The notes under the pieces: generated by a model
The model's input: only the letters and a program-made list of their open reading frames with translations
Told to the model about the DNA's origin: nothing
The model's database searches: none
From: Eubacteriales bacterium
GTDB taxonomy: Bacteria > Bacillota > Clostridia > Peptostreptococcales > Anaerovoracaceae
Length of the DNA stretch: 64,000 nt
Assembly: GCA_037144355.1 (NCBI GenBank)
Contig: JBAWWY010000007.1
Coordinates: 1,083-65,082 of the forward strand
Direction: 5' to 3'
Program-made: the position numbers and the translations under genes
Shown: positions 1 through 8,939 of the stretch, piece after piece
How the letters are laid out: every line of letters starts with the position of its first letter
Position numbering within the stretch: the first letter of the stretch is position 1

Positions 1-243
1 TCTTCTTGGAATGTTGACAAGAAGTTCTGCAAATGACTGCATTACTCCATAAACTGTAAGACCGGCTATTGCGTAAGCTATAACTACTGCTCCAGGACCC
101 ATTTCCGAGAATGTTAAACCTAGTCCCAAGAAGTAGCAGGAACCAATGATTCCTCCCAAAGCGATTAAAGATACGTGCCATGGCCTTATGCCACGTGAGA
201 GTGTTCTCTCACTCTTTTCTAGATACCTGTCTTGATCTGCCAT
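1..243 (-). CDS. Amino-acid permease (APC/AAT family), N-terminal fragment; the gene continues past the window start
   Basis: Own translation from ATG at 243-241: MADQDRYLEKSERTLSRGIRPWHVSLIALGGIIGSCYFLGLG... This is a typical permease N-terminus with a first TM of the form IALGGxIGxxxFLG. An RBS (gggagg) lies just upstream. Confidence 0.6.
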   Translation of the reverse strand, partial: MADQDRYLEKSERTLSRGIRPWHVSLIALGGIIGSCYFLGLGLTFSEMGPGAVVIAYAIAGLTVYGVMQSFAELLVNIPRR

Positions 244-601
244 TTTTTGCCTCCCTTTTTTTGATGTAACTCCAAATAAAATAGTTAATAATTAGAAAAA
301 TACCTCTTTTCGGTTATTCATGACGAATTTCGGAAATAATCTTTTAAGAGTACCATTCGATGTACCGCCTTTCCGTTATTTGACAATTTATATTAACTTA
401 CGTTCGAGAAAACAATTTTTATAAATCTAATCTTTATTTAGTTGATAGTTTTGGGAGGCTTAAAAAAATATATTGATTTCATTTATAGTCAATAAATGAA
501 GGAATTTTTCACATTTCCTACATATTAACACTCATAGAATAAGATTGCCATATTTTTCTGACAATTTTTTGATTAATTAATTTACTTTTCAGAATATTGA
601 T

Positions 602-1618
602 TTAATAGACACTTCTTCCAACCGCATTTGCAACTTTTTCCATCTTTGGCATAAGTTCTTCGAACTGTTTAGGTGTAATGGATTGAGCTCCATCTGAAAG
701 AGCATTTTTGGGATCCTGATGGACTTCTATCAATAAACCGTCAGCTCCACATGCAATTGCGGCAAGTGCCAATGGTTCAACCAAATAAGACATTCCTGCT
801 GCATGTGACGGATCTACTATTACTGGGAGGTGGCTATGTCTTTTCAAAATCGGAATTGCGCTTACATCCAATGTATTCCTTGTGTATGTTTCGAAAGTTC
901 TGATACCCCTTTCACACAAAATGACATTTTCGTTCCCACCATTCATAATGTATTCAGCCGACATTAAAAGTTCTTCAATTGTATTTGAAAATCCTCTCTT
1001 CAATAATATTGGCTTCCTCATCTGTCCCAATTGCTTTAGTAATTCGAAATTCTGCATATTCCGTGAACCAACCTGGATAATATCAACATACTCATTGAAA
1101 AGCTCAATATGTGATGTGTTGGTAATTTCTGAAACAACAGGTAATCCAGTTTCCGATCTAGCCTTATCCAGAAGGTCAAGACCTTCCGATTCCAGGCCCT
1201 GGAATGAATATGGGGATGATCTTGGCTTGAAAGCCCCACCTCTTAGAAGTGTTGCTCCATACTCCTTCACTTTTCTCGCAATTTCTATTATCTGAGCTTC
1301 AGATTCCACCGAACATGGACCAGCAATGATTGGAATCCTATTTTCCCCAAATTTTACACCTCTCGCTTCAACAATTGTCCTTTCAGGATGAAATTTGATA
1401 TTTGCTCTTTTATATGGTTCTTGAACCATTATGACTTTTTCTACACAATTAATCATGCCAAGGGCATCCTTGTCTATTTCAAAAGTATCCCCTACCAAAC
1501 CTAATACAGTCGTTTCTGAGCCATAAATGGGATTTGCGTAAACCCCGAAGCTTTTCACCCATTCTGTAAGTTCTGCTATTTCATCAATGGAAGCTCCCTT
1601 TTTCAATACTACTATCAT
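602..1618 (-). CDS. aroF: 3-deoxy-7-phosphoheptulonate (DAHP) synthase, type I-beta with an N-terminal ferredoxin-like regulatory domain
   Basis: 338 aa ORF. The N-terminal MIVVLKKGAS...ANPIYGSETTVLGLVGD domain is followed by a KDO8P/DAHP-synthase TIM barrel with IIAGPCSVES, LRGGAFKPRSSPYSFQG, QVGSRNMQNF and VDPSH motifs. Confidence 0.9.
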   Translation of the reverse strand: MIVVLKKGASIDEIAELTEWVKSFGVYANPIYGSETTVLGLVGDTFEIDKDALGMINCVEKVIMVQEPYKRANIKFHPERTIVEARGVKFGENRIPIIAGPCSVESEAQIIEIARKVKEYGATLLRGGAFKPRSSPYSFQGLESEGLDLLDKARSETGLPVVSEITNTSHIELFNEYVDIIQVGSRNMQNFELLKQLGQMRKPILLKRGFSNTIEELLMSAEYIMNGGNENVILCERGIRTFETYTRNTLDVSAIPILKRHSHLPVIVDPSHAAGMSYLVEPLALAAIACGADGLLIEVHQDPKNALSDGAQSITPKQFEELMPKMEKVANAVGRSVY

Positions 1619-1689
1619 TCTCTACACATCCTTTTCAATTTTATTATTAGCATGCAATACCTTATTGTAGAGCACCTTTGAGGAAAACA

Positions 1690-1975
1690 CAAAAAAAGCT
1701 TCTCCCCAGTGTTGGGGCGAAGCTTTGTTAAACTCGCGGTACCACCCAATTTTACAGCATTTTCCACTGCCTCTTTTTAGCGTACAATCATACACCTACC
1801 ATGATAACGGTTGGAACCCGGCATAACCTACTGTTAATTCAGCCATGCAACTCACAAGGGAACTTCAATCCACGTCTTTTCGCTATGGTAATTCCAGCAC
1901 CTACCACTCTCTAAAAGGCTAACGCCCCAGCATTTCTGCTTAACTTAAACGCCAATCTACTTCCTTGATCTTAGT
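1690..1975 (-). promoter_or_regulatory. T-box leader (tRNA-sensing transcription attenuator) upstream of aroF
   Basis: On the minus strand, the T-box sequence AATTGGGTGGTACCGCG (plus coords 1735-1751) is followed by a terminator: AAAGCTTCGCCCCA-ACAC-TGGGGAGAAGCTTTTTTT. Upstream lie an AGAGAG bulge and a TGGTA/TACCA distal hairpin typical of Stem I. The specifier codon could not be read with confidence; UGG followed by A is one candidate. Confidence 0.8.
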
Positions 1976-2137
1976 TTTGTTTATATTAGCATTTGCTAAA
2001 TATATTGTCAATGCATATCTTCATTTATGTTTCACATATTCTTCATATAGTTTTCACAAATCAATTGCATAATCATCTTGAAAGTTGAATTAAATTTTGT
2101 TTAATTCATAATTTAGAAATGAAAGGTGGTTTTCGTG

Positions 2138-2425
2138 ATGATGAGAATAGGTTTCGAAGGTGGATACAACCATATGATGTTATTTGGGGGAGTATTTATG
2201 TTTTTAATAGGAATAGTAGTAATAGGTTTATTGATTTATCTAGTTATGGCTGCTGCGAAGTCACATAAGATGATGGGGCATGGATATAGTCAGGCAACTA
2301 AGATTTCCAATAGTTCTGAAAGTCTAAATGAAAAGGCAATATTAATTTTGAATGAAAGATTCGCAAAGGGTGAAATAGATGAGGAAGAATACACAAGCAG
2401 AAAAGCTGCTATTTTGAAAAACTAG
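2138..2425 (+). CDS. Small membrane protein with a C-terminal SHOCT domain
   Basis: One hydrophobic helix (FMFLIGIVVIGLLIYLVMAA). The C-terminus LNERFAKGEIDEEEYTSRKAAIL matches the SHOCT short oligomerisation motif. Start moved to ATG 2138, which follows RBS aaaggtgg; the start is uncertain. Confidence 0.6.
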   Translation: MMRIGFEGGYNHMMLFGGVFMFLIGIVVIGLLIYLVMAAAKSHKMMGHGYSQATKISNSSESLNEKAILILNERFAKGEIDEEEYTSRKAAILKN

Positions 2426-2495
2426 ACGGGCATTTGAACTGATGCTTATTTGATTTCAAGTCCTCCACGGCTCTTCGAGCATTCAAATATAGATT

Positions 2496-2541
2496 AAAAA
2501 AACAGGCACCGCAAGATATATATTGTCGGGCTTGTTTTTTT
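2496..2541. terminator. Bidirectional rho-independent terminator between the convergent genes 2138-2425 (+) and 2593-4317 (-)
   Basis: aaaaaaACAGGCACCGCAAG-atatatat-TGTCGGGCTTGTttttttt: an imperfect GC-containing stem flanked by an A-run and a T-run. Confidence 0.55.
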
Positions 2542-2592
2542 GTTATCATATTATTTTATTTTAAATTTATTTGCATAATCATTATCTTGAAA

Positions 2593-4317
2593 CTAAATCT
2601 CAATAATATGTATACCACAATATTCATGTTTTATTAGCACAGCTTCTTCAAGTGGAATATTTTCCATGCTGCTTCTTATGACTGCCACTACACCGTTATG
2701 CGTAATAAGGATTATATCCTTGTCCTTATCTTGTTCCAACAATTGATTTAGTTTCTTCATGACGCGATATCGCAGATCAAAATAATTTTCTGCATTCTGG
2801 TCAATTTTGAAGCTGAGTAGATTCTGCCCCCGATTCTCATATTCGGATGGAAACTTTTCTTTAATCTTGCTAATAAATTTCCCATCCCAGCTACCTAGGC
2901 TGATTTCTCTAAAATCAGGTAGCGCTTCCAATTTCTGTTCCTGATTGGTAAATATTTTTTTGCTTATAATTTCTGCTGTCTGCATTGCTCGTTTAAGATC
3001 ACTACAATAGACTTTCGAAACTTTTGGATTGTAAAGAAGAAGTTTAAGTGCAGCTTCCTCAGCTTGCTCAATTCCTTGCGTACTTAAATCCAAATCAGTC
3101 TGCCCAAGAAATATTTTTTCTTTGTGCCTCTTGGTTTCGCCGTGACGAATAAGATAAAGCTTTCTATCATTATCGGGTTTCAATATTTTAGTTTTTTGTT
3201 CCCATATTTCTTGAATTTTTTTCCCAGTAACTTGATTAATGTGAATTTCAAGTTCTCTGGCTTTTTTATATCTTTCATTAACCTTTTCAAGAGCTTCAGA
3301 ATTGTCTTTAAATTTATGTAAAACTGGGGTTGCTCTATCCTTTAACGTAACTAGCTTATCCCCCCGCATCATCTTATCAGACAAGCATAAAACATCCTGC
3401 TCTGAAATTGTCTCTAGGTCGTCTTCCTTATCATAAGACATATGTTTTTCAACCAATTTTGCAACTTTATCGAAACCATATAGTCTGCAAATTAAAGCAC
3501 CTGCCTCTCCATGCCTGGGTCTATTACGGACTATGTCATGGAGAAGCGCGGCACTTCTAATGAGTGCTATGTTAAGATTGGCTCCGCTTTTGTTTAGCTC
3601 TTCTCCAATTTTGACTGCCAGGCTACCAACACAAATGCAATGTGCTTTAGCTTCAGCAGGCGTTTTGAATTTTTGCAGCATATATAAGCAATATTTTTCA
3701 TCCGGCGTCTGAGTTTTTTCCAAATGTCGTAAAAGTTCCTCGTAGTCGGATATTGTATCCATGTCCATGACGACTTCTTCAAATTCCAATTCCAACTTCA
3801 ATATTCTAGACTCATGCTTTATTGTAATATCTTTTAACCCATTTTTACCAGCATGATCAAGAATTTCTGGGATAAGATTCCTGGGTAATAGAGGAGGATG
3901 CCCTTTTTTTCCCATATAACATGGAACAATTATAGAATTTGGATTTTCTTCATATTTCTCAATCATCTCAAGAAATACTTGAGCTGGCACAAGTGGATAA
4001 TCAACTGGAAGAATGAAGAAGGCATCGATTTCTTCTCCAATTTCTGCTAACCCAGCCTTAATCGAGGTGAACATTCCCTCTTCATATAAATTATTATGGA
4101 CACTTCTAACTTTTTGCTCATGGATTATGGGTTCAAGAAGCTGGTTTTGATGGCCCGTTACCACAATAATATCATCAAGCTTGGAAAGTTTTGCGCTTCT
4201 AATAAGCCTTTTTAAAGCTGTCTCATCCCCGAACTTAAGTAAAGGTTTAAACTCACCCATTCGGGACGAGAATCCAGCAGCTAGAATAATTATCGCATAT
4301 TTTTTATTATTTCCCAT
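2593..4317 (-). CDS. Three-domain fusion: MobA/MocA-like NTP transferase + HD phosphohydrolase domain + histidine phosphatase (PGM/CobC-like)
   Basis: The N-terminus IIILAAGFSSRMGEFKPLL is the MobA-like nucleotidyltransferase signature. The middle region has ALLHDIVRNRPRHGEAGA (HD motif). The C-terminus has LYLIRHGET (RHG phosphohistidine motif) and LITHNGV. Ends in TAG. Confidence 0.75.
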   Translation of the reverse strand: MGNNKKYAIIILAAGFSSRMGEFKPLLKFGDETALKRLIRSAKLSKLDDIIVVTGHQNQLLEPIIHEQKVRSVHNNLYEEGMFTSIKAGLAEIGEEIDAFFILPVDYPLVPAQVFLEMIEKYEENPNSIIVPCYMGKKGHPPLLPRNLIPEILDHAGKNGLKDITIKHESRILKLELEFEEVVMDMDTISDYEELLRHLEKTQTPDEKYCLYMLQKFKTPAEAKAHCICVGSLAVKIGEELNKSGANLNIALIRSAALLHDIVRNRPRHGEAGALICRLYGFDKVAKLVEKHMSYDKEDDLETISEQDVLCLSDKMMRGDKLVTLKDRATPVLHKFKDNSEALEKVNERYKKARELEIHINQVTGKKIQEIWEQKTKILKPDNDRKLYLIRHGETKRHKEKIFLGQTDLDLSTQGIEQAEEAALKLLLYNPKVSKVYCSDLKRAMQTAEIISKKIFTNQEQKLEALPDFREISLGSWDGKFISKIKEKFPSEYENRGQNLLSFKIDQNAENYFDLRYRVMKKLNQLLEQDKDKDIILITHNGVVAVIRSSMENIPLEEAVLIKHEYCGIHIIEI

Positions 4318-4385
4318 TAAAGTCTTAGTCTCCCAAGCATCCGGTGGCCGGCATCAAATCCAAAGTTGAATAATTATATTTAAAG

Positions 4386-5204
4386 CTATTTAGAAAGTTC
4401 TGCTCTTATCATAATCATTTCAGCCACCACGCTAATAGCAATTTCCTCAGGTGTTTCTGCTAAGATATCCAATCCAATTGGTGCGTGCACTTTTACTAAA
4501 TCATTTTCTGTAAAACCATCAATTTTTAATTGGTCATATACAACCCCAATTTTTTTCCGGCTTCCAATCATTCCTATATACGAGGGTTGTTGTGCAAGCG
4601 CTTGTTTTAAAACATCATAATCTCCGCTGTGACCCCTGGTAACAATAATAATGTAGTTGTTTTCACCCGCTTGATAATTTTGGAAAGCATTCTGGAAATT
4701 ATCCAAGACTTCTATTTTATACGCCTCTGGAAATCTAACTGAATTTGCAAACTCAGGTCTATCATCAAGAATAACTGTTTTAAATCCCACATATTGGGCA
4801 ATTTTTGCTATTTCTTTTCCAACATGGCCCGCTCCATAAATATAGGCAACTGATTCCATGTCTAAATCCTCTTCGAAATTCTCTGGATTTAAATGGTCAA
4901 CATACTCTACGCTGACTTTTGCGTCACCGCCGCATCTCATGTCAATACCCTTTTGATCAGCAGGTGTTAGGCTGAATTCATGGGTTTTAGATTCTTTAGT
5001 CTTAAATGTGTCTTTGCAAATAGATTCTACTAGAGCTTCAAGTTTTCCTCCGCCGACAGTCCCAAAAGCTTTCCCTTCTTTGGTCATCAAGAGCCATGCT
5101 CCCTTTTTCCTTGGTGTTGAGCCAACGGTTTGTATAACTTTAGCTATTACGAAATCCTGTCCATTTTCAATTAAATCTCTGCCTATCTTAATAATTTCTC
5201 TCAT
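4386..5204 (-). CDS. XdhC/CoxI-family molybdenum-hydroxylase accessory protein
   Basis: 272 aa. An N-terminal XdhC_CoxI-like region (VIAKVIQTVGSTPRKKGA) is followed by a Rossmann region (IYGAGHVGKEIAKIAQYVGFKTVILDDRPEF), then IGSRKK and PIGLDI. Confidence 0.8.
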   Translation of the reverse strand: MREIIKIGRDLIENGQDFVIAKVIQTVGSTPRKKGAWLLMTKEGKAFGTVGGGKLEALVESICKDTFKTKESKTHEFSLTPADQKGIDMRCGGDAKVSVEYVDHLNPENFEEDLDMESVAYIYGAGHVGKEIAKIAQYVGFKTVILDDRPEFANSVRFPEAYKIEVLDNFQNAFQNYQAGENNYIIIVTRGHSGDYDVLKQALAQQPSYIGMIGSRKKIGVVYDQLKIDGFTENDLVKVHAPIGLDILAETPEEIAISVVAEMIMIRAELSK

Positions 5205-5259
5205 TTAAAATCTCCTTCTCTATATACGCTTAATTATTCTAACGACAAAACCGCATCTT

Positions 5260-6618
5260 CTAAATATTCTTATTCAATCTTTCCCTATGAAGGATATTAT
5301 AAGCACAAAATGGGATTAAACTACCACCTTTTATTGCAACATGCACCCGGCATTTTTGAAGTCTTTCCAGGTCAAGGTTCCATGCATCCTGAAATGCCAT
5401 AGCGGTAATGCTGAATCCATGGGTGTGCATTCTATTTAGAAATAAATCCCAGGAAGAAAAGTCGTATTCGCTGCTAGCCGCTTCAGATACTTCATTGTCT
5501 TCATAAGTCCACTTCCTAGCAATATAGTTTCTAGCTTTTTCTATGGATTCCTTTTGGCAACAACATGTTTTGTCACCCAAATTAGCCGATAACGAATTTA
5601 TGCTCCCATCTTCCATTAAAATGAAATTACCATGGAATGAACACATGGCATGTCCGGTGGCAAGAGGTATAAACTGGTTTGCGTTTAATTTACCATCTGA
5701 TTGTTCCACAAGTTTGGAAATCAACTTAGGTATAGTTATTCTGTCCTTGTCTTCAGGTTGTTTCGGATATCTACCAAAATAGCTCACAGGCTGGAAATGA
5801 ATGCCTCGAATATATGGCAGGCCATCTGTTGCGAATTTAAGTATATCCCCCAAATTATCGTCATTGATTTCTGGAACCACTGTCACAACTAGAACAACTC
5901 CAAGTTCTACATTGGAGCAATTTTCAATAGCTGTTTTCTTGATTTCAAGTAATTCCTTGCCTCTTATCTTTTCATAAATCGAATCTTCAGTCCCATCAAA
6001 CTGTAGAAATATCGAGGATAATCCTGCATCCTTTAGTTCTTTTGCATAAGATGGATCTTCTGAAATGCGGCGTCCATTTGTGTTTAATTGAATATATGGA
6101 AATCCCAAATCTTTGCCCATCATAATGATTTCTGGCAGGTCGTCACGCAAAGTAGGCTCGCCTCCTGACAACTGTATATTGAAAGGCCTTCCATCTGTCT
6201 TCTTAAGCAATTCTTCATAAATCGCTTTTATTTCTATTAAGGAAATGTCGCCTGTCTTCCCTTTAGAAGAGTGTGCGGATGCAAAGCAATACTTGCAATT
6301 TTGATCGCAATTCTGAGTAATTTCAATTAAGACACAGCATGCTTGTTGCAAGTGGTTTTCGCAAATTCCACAGTCATGAGGGCAGCGGCTTTTAGCTTCT
6401 GTATTTATAATAGAAGCTGTATCATTTTGCTCTTCACCTGACCAATTATCATAAGATAGTTTACTAATTGCTGCGCTTTCTTCTTCCCAAATAAGTGATT
6501 CAAAGCCTCCATGTTCCATGCAAACTTTTTCCAAATATATTTTATTCCTCTTTTGTTCACGTTTGGCAGGAATTGTTTTATAACATATTGGACAAATACT
6601 TCCTGTTATATTTTTCAT
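5260..6618 (-). CDS. Radical SAM enzyme with an N-terminal Cys-rich (zinc-ribbon-like) extension
   Basis: CxxxCxxC motif: ITQNCDQNCKYCFA. A SAM-binding region follows: IQLSGGEPTL. The N-terminus carries CPICYK...CMEHGG plus CPHDCGIC. Overlaps the upstream methyltransferase stop by 1 nt, consistent with translational coupling. Confidence 0.8.
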   Translation of the reverse strand: MKNITGSICPICYKTIPAKREQKRNKIYLEKVCMEHGGFESLIWEEESAAISKLSYDNWSGEEQNDTASIINTEAKSRCPHDCGICENHLQQACCVLIEITQNCDQNCKYCFASAHSSKGKTGDISLIEIKAIYEELLKKTDGRPFNIQLSGGEPTLRDDLPEIIMMGKDLGFPYIQLNTNGRRISEDPSYAKELKDAGLSSIFLQFDGTEDSIYEKIRGKELLEIKKTAIENCSNVELGVVLVVTVVPEINDDNLGDILKFATDGLPYIRGIHFQPVSYFGRYPKQPEDKDRITIPKLISKLVEQSDGKLNANQFIPLATGHAMCSFHGNFILMEDGSINSLSANLGDKTCCCQKESIEKARNYIARKWTYEDNEVSEAASSEYDFSSWDLFLNRMHTHGFSITAMAFQDAWNLDLERLQKCRVHVAIKGGSLIPFCAYNILHRERLNKNI

Positions 6619-7361
6619 TAATATCCCTCTATTTTTTTTTTAGCCGCTAAAAGAAAATAACCCAATTTGGCTTTGGACATATCATATGTATATTTTGATG
6701 AATCAATCCCATCAGGTAAAATGCTCTTCCAGAAATTCTCCATTGATCCACAATTCATTATGATTTCTGCTGTAAATTCTTTAAGTTCCTTTGTTCTATC
6801 TTCCCATTCGATAATATAATATCCTATATCTTCTATAACCTTTATCAGTTCTTCTTTTTCAAATGCTCCATTGATGCAACTTCCAATTGGAACAAAGCCC
6901 TCGCTCGATGTGCAATCTTGCGATTTGGTATCCCTTAAATAAAAATCGCTTATTACAAGTTTCCCGCCAACTTTGAGAACACGATAAGCTTCTAGTAATG
7001 CGTTGGATTGGTTGGGAAAAAGTGAAAGAGTACATTCCATCAATACGGCATCAAATGTAGTTGACGGGAAATCCAGCTGTCCACCCTCTCCTTTACGTAA
7101 GTCCAGTTCTGGATTGACTTTTCTACCATTTTCCAATATGGAATCGGAAAAATCAACGCCTATTCCATCTATACCAAAGTCTTTATTCAAATATTGAAGA
7201 GTTGAACCAATTCCACATCCAACGTCAAGTACTTTCATTCCTAGATTCAATTTAGCAAGCCTGACACCATCTTCTGTAATCTTAAATCCTCCAGGCCTCA
7301 TTATCCCCTTAGATAGTTCTTGGAAACCTTCATTCTCAAAAAGGTTGCATGTCTTTTCCAT
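6618..7361 (-). CDS. Class I SAM-dependent methyltransferase
   Basis: Motif I VLDVGCGIGST, then FDAVLMECTL and VLKVGGKLVISD. Confidence 0.8.
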   Translation of the reverse strand: MEKTCNLFENEGFQELSKGIMRPGGFKITEDGVRLAKLNLGMKVLDVGCGIGSTLQYLNKDFGIDGIGVDFSDSILENGRKVNPELDLRKGEGGQLDFPSTTFDAVLMECTLSLFPNQSNALLEAYRVLKVGGKLVISDFYLRDTKSQDCTSSEGFVPIGSCINGAFEKEELIKVIEDIGYYIIEWEDRTKELKEFTAEIIMNCGSMENFWKSILPDGIDSSKYTYDMSKAKLGYFLLAAKKKIEGY

Positions 7362-7388
7362 TAGTATTCCTCACAAAGCATATTTAGT

Positions 7389-8714
7389 TTACATATTTCT
7401 TTTATCTATTAAATTTCGTTTTCTAATTGCTTTAATATCCGGTTCCGCACATCCTTGCATGAATGTTTCAATATTCAAAGCGCCAGATCTTATATGATTT
7501 CCTATTATTGATTTTTTAATTGCCTCATAAATATTCCCACGAATAATTTCCTTATCTCCTATGGCATATACGCCTATTTTCAATGTTTCCCTGCCACAGT
7601 CCATAACAATTTCTGCCGTAAAATCTAAAATGCCTTTGATTGAGAAAATAATGTCCTCGAGCATGGGCATGGATATAGTTTGGCCATTTTTAAGCTTCAT
7701 CAAGGAGACAATTCTACTTTGTATCCTATCCATGGTTTTTAGAACAGTTCCACATCTGCATGGATCTAAAAGAAATCTGCTGATATCACCAGTCTTGTAC
7801 CTAATTAGGGGCATCCCTTTCCTTGTCAATGTTGTAAAAACAACTTCCCCATATTCGCCATCTTTGGCTGGTTGTCCAGTTTGTATGTCAATAATCTCAA
7901 ATAACATATCTGCATCTCTCATGTGGTATCCATTCAATGCTTCGCAGAAAACTCCTCCGCCCAAACCCATTTCAGTCATCCCGTAATGCTCATAAACCCT
8001 ACATCCCCAGCCTTTTATGATTATAGAAGTTATGGATGGTGAGACATAATCCGTACTTAGCAATACGCTTTTCAACTTTCCTGATTTCCTGATAGCATCC
8101 GATTTCTCTGATTTGGTTAAAGTGAATATTTGCTGTGGAATACCAACTATGCCTGTAATTTCCTGATTTATAATAATGTCCATGACTTTATCTACGTCGT
8201 CGACAATGCCATATATAACACCTTCAACATCCATTCTTGCAAGTCCTATTTTCAATAAATCGCCAATGCTTCCTGGTGTTTGCCCAGGCAAAAGAATGAG
8301 CACCTTGTCTCCAGGATATGTAAATGTGGACATTCCATGTCGGAAAAAATCTATTGTCAACTCCTGATCTTCTTTTGTAAAGTAAATCCTCTTGGGTTCA
8401 CCAGTCGTCCCTGAAGTATCCAAAGTGACAATACGATGAATATTTCCCTGCGCCACGCATACCATTCGACTTCCTTGCAACCTTATATCTTCAGAAGTTG
8501 TAAAAGGTATTTTGTATAAATCATCTCGGCTCTCAATTTTTGTTGAATCAAAATCATTAAGTAGATCCTTATAGAACGGGCTTCTTTCCTTAGCATAAGA
8601 TAAGATTCCTCGAAACGCCTCTATTTGATATTTTTCCAATTTTTCTTCGGTAAGCCGACATCCCCCATTTTGGATTTTAGTATTTATCCATTTTTCCATT
8701 GGTGTTATTATCAT
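7389..8714 (-). CDS. Adenylate-forming enzyme of the phenylacetate-CoA ligase (PaaK) / F390-synthetase type
   Basis: AMP-binding motif DTSGTTGEPKRIYFT, then YGMTEMG and the hinge YKTGDISR. Size (441 aa) and N-terminus are typical of the PaaK-like subgroup. Confidence 0.75.
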   Translation of the reverse strand: MIITPMEKWINTKIQNGGCRLTEEKLEKYQIEAFRGILSYAKERSPFYKDLLNDFDSTKIESRDDLYKIPFTTSEDIRLQGSRMVCVAQGNIHRIVTLDTSGTTGEPKRIYFTKEDQELTIDFFRHGMSTFTYPGDKVLILLPGQTPGSIGDLLKIGLARMDVEGVIYGIVDDVDKVMDIIINQEITGIVGIPQQIFTLTKSEKSDAIRKSGKLKSVLLSTDYVSPSITSIIIKGWGCRVYEHYGMTEMGLGGGVFCEALNGYHMRDADMLFEIIDIQTGQPAKDGEYGEVVFTTLTRKGMPLIRYKTGDISRFLLDPCRCGTVLKTMDRIQSRIVSLMKLKNGQTISMPMLEDIIFSIKGILDFTAEIVMDCGRETLKIGVYAIGDKEIIRGNIYEAIKKSIIGNHIRSGALNIETFMQGCAEPDIKAIRKRNLIDKRNM

Positions 8715-8716
8715 AT

Positions 8717-8926
8717 TTATTTATCTTCCAATGTCTTTTCAACTTCAGCCATTTTGCCAAGCGCCAAATCTTCTGGCACATAGACAAGTCCGCAGATGGG
8801 ACATTTCAAAAGTTCTGCAGGAAAAGTACTGGCTAGATAAGTTATATGAACTTTTCCTGGTTCCAGTAACACGTTGCATTTTGAACATATTAGTCCGTCT
8901 TCATTTTTTATTTCAGGCTGTTGCAT
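8717..8926 (-). CDS. Small zinc-ribbon protein (2 x CxxC)
   Basis: 69 aa with CSKC...CPIC. It sits 2 nt upstream of the ligase start and is co-oriented inside the operon. Confidence 0.55.
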   Translation of the reverse strand: MQQPEIKNEDGLICSKCNVLLEPGKVHITYLASTFPAELLKCPICGLVYVPEDLALGKMAEVEKTLEDK

Positions 8927-8939
8927 TTTTCCACATCCT

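Noticed and set aside
244-601. A 358-nt untranslated region upstream of the amino-acid permease, with local stems (CGGAAA...TTTCCG) and repeated CCGAAA. Considered as a lysine or other amino-acid riboswitch, or a second T-box.
   Set aside because: I could not find the conserved cores of the L-box, T-box, glycine or other riboswitch classes, nor a clear terminator. Left unassigned. An Rfam scan would settle it.
882-1295. Many antisense or alternative-frame ORFs of 60-200 aa lie inside long CDSs. Examples: 882-1295, 7561-7986, 9451-9771, 24950-25318, 27691-28074, 29305-29742, 30207-30650, 39000-39400, 41047-41544, 46606-47202, 50356-50727, 57262-57615.
   Set aside because: They are shadow ORFs opposite or overlapping well-supported family-assignable genes. 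They have low-complexity Ser/Leu/Phe/Ile-rich translations typical of AT-rich antisense frames, with no RBS or family signal.
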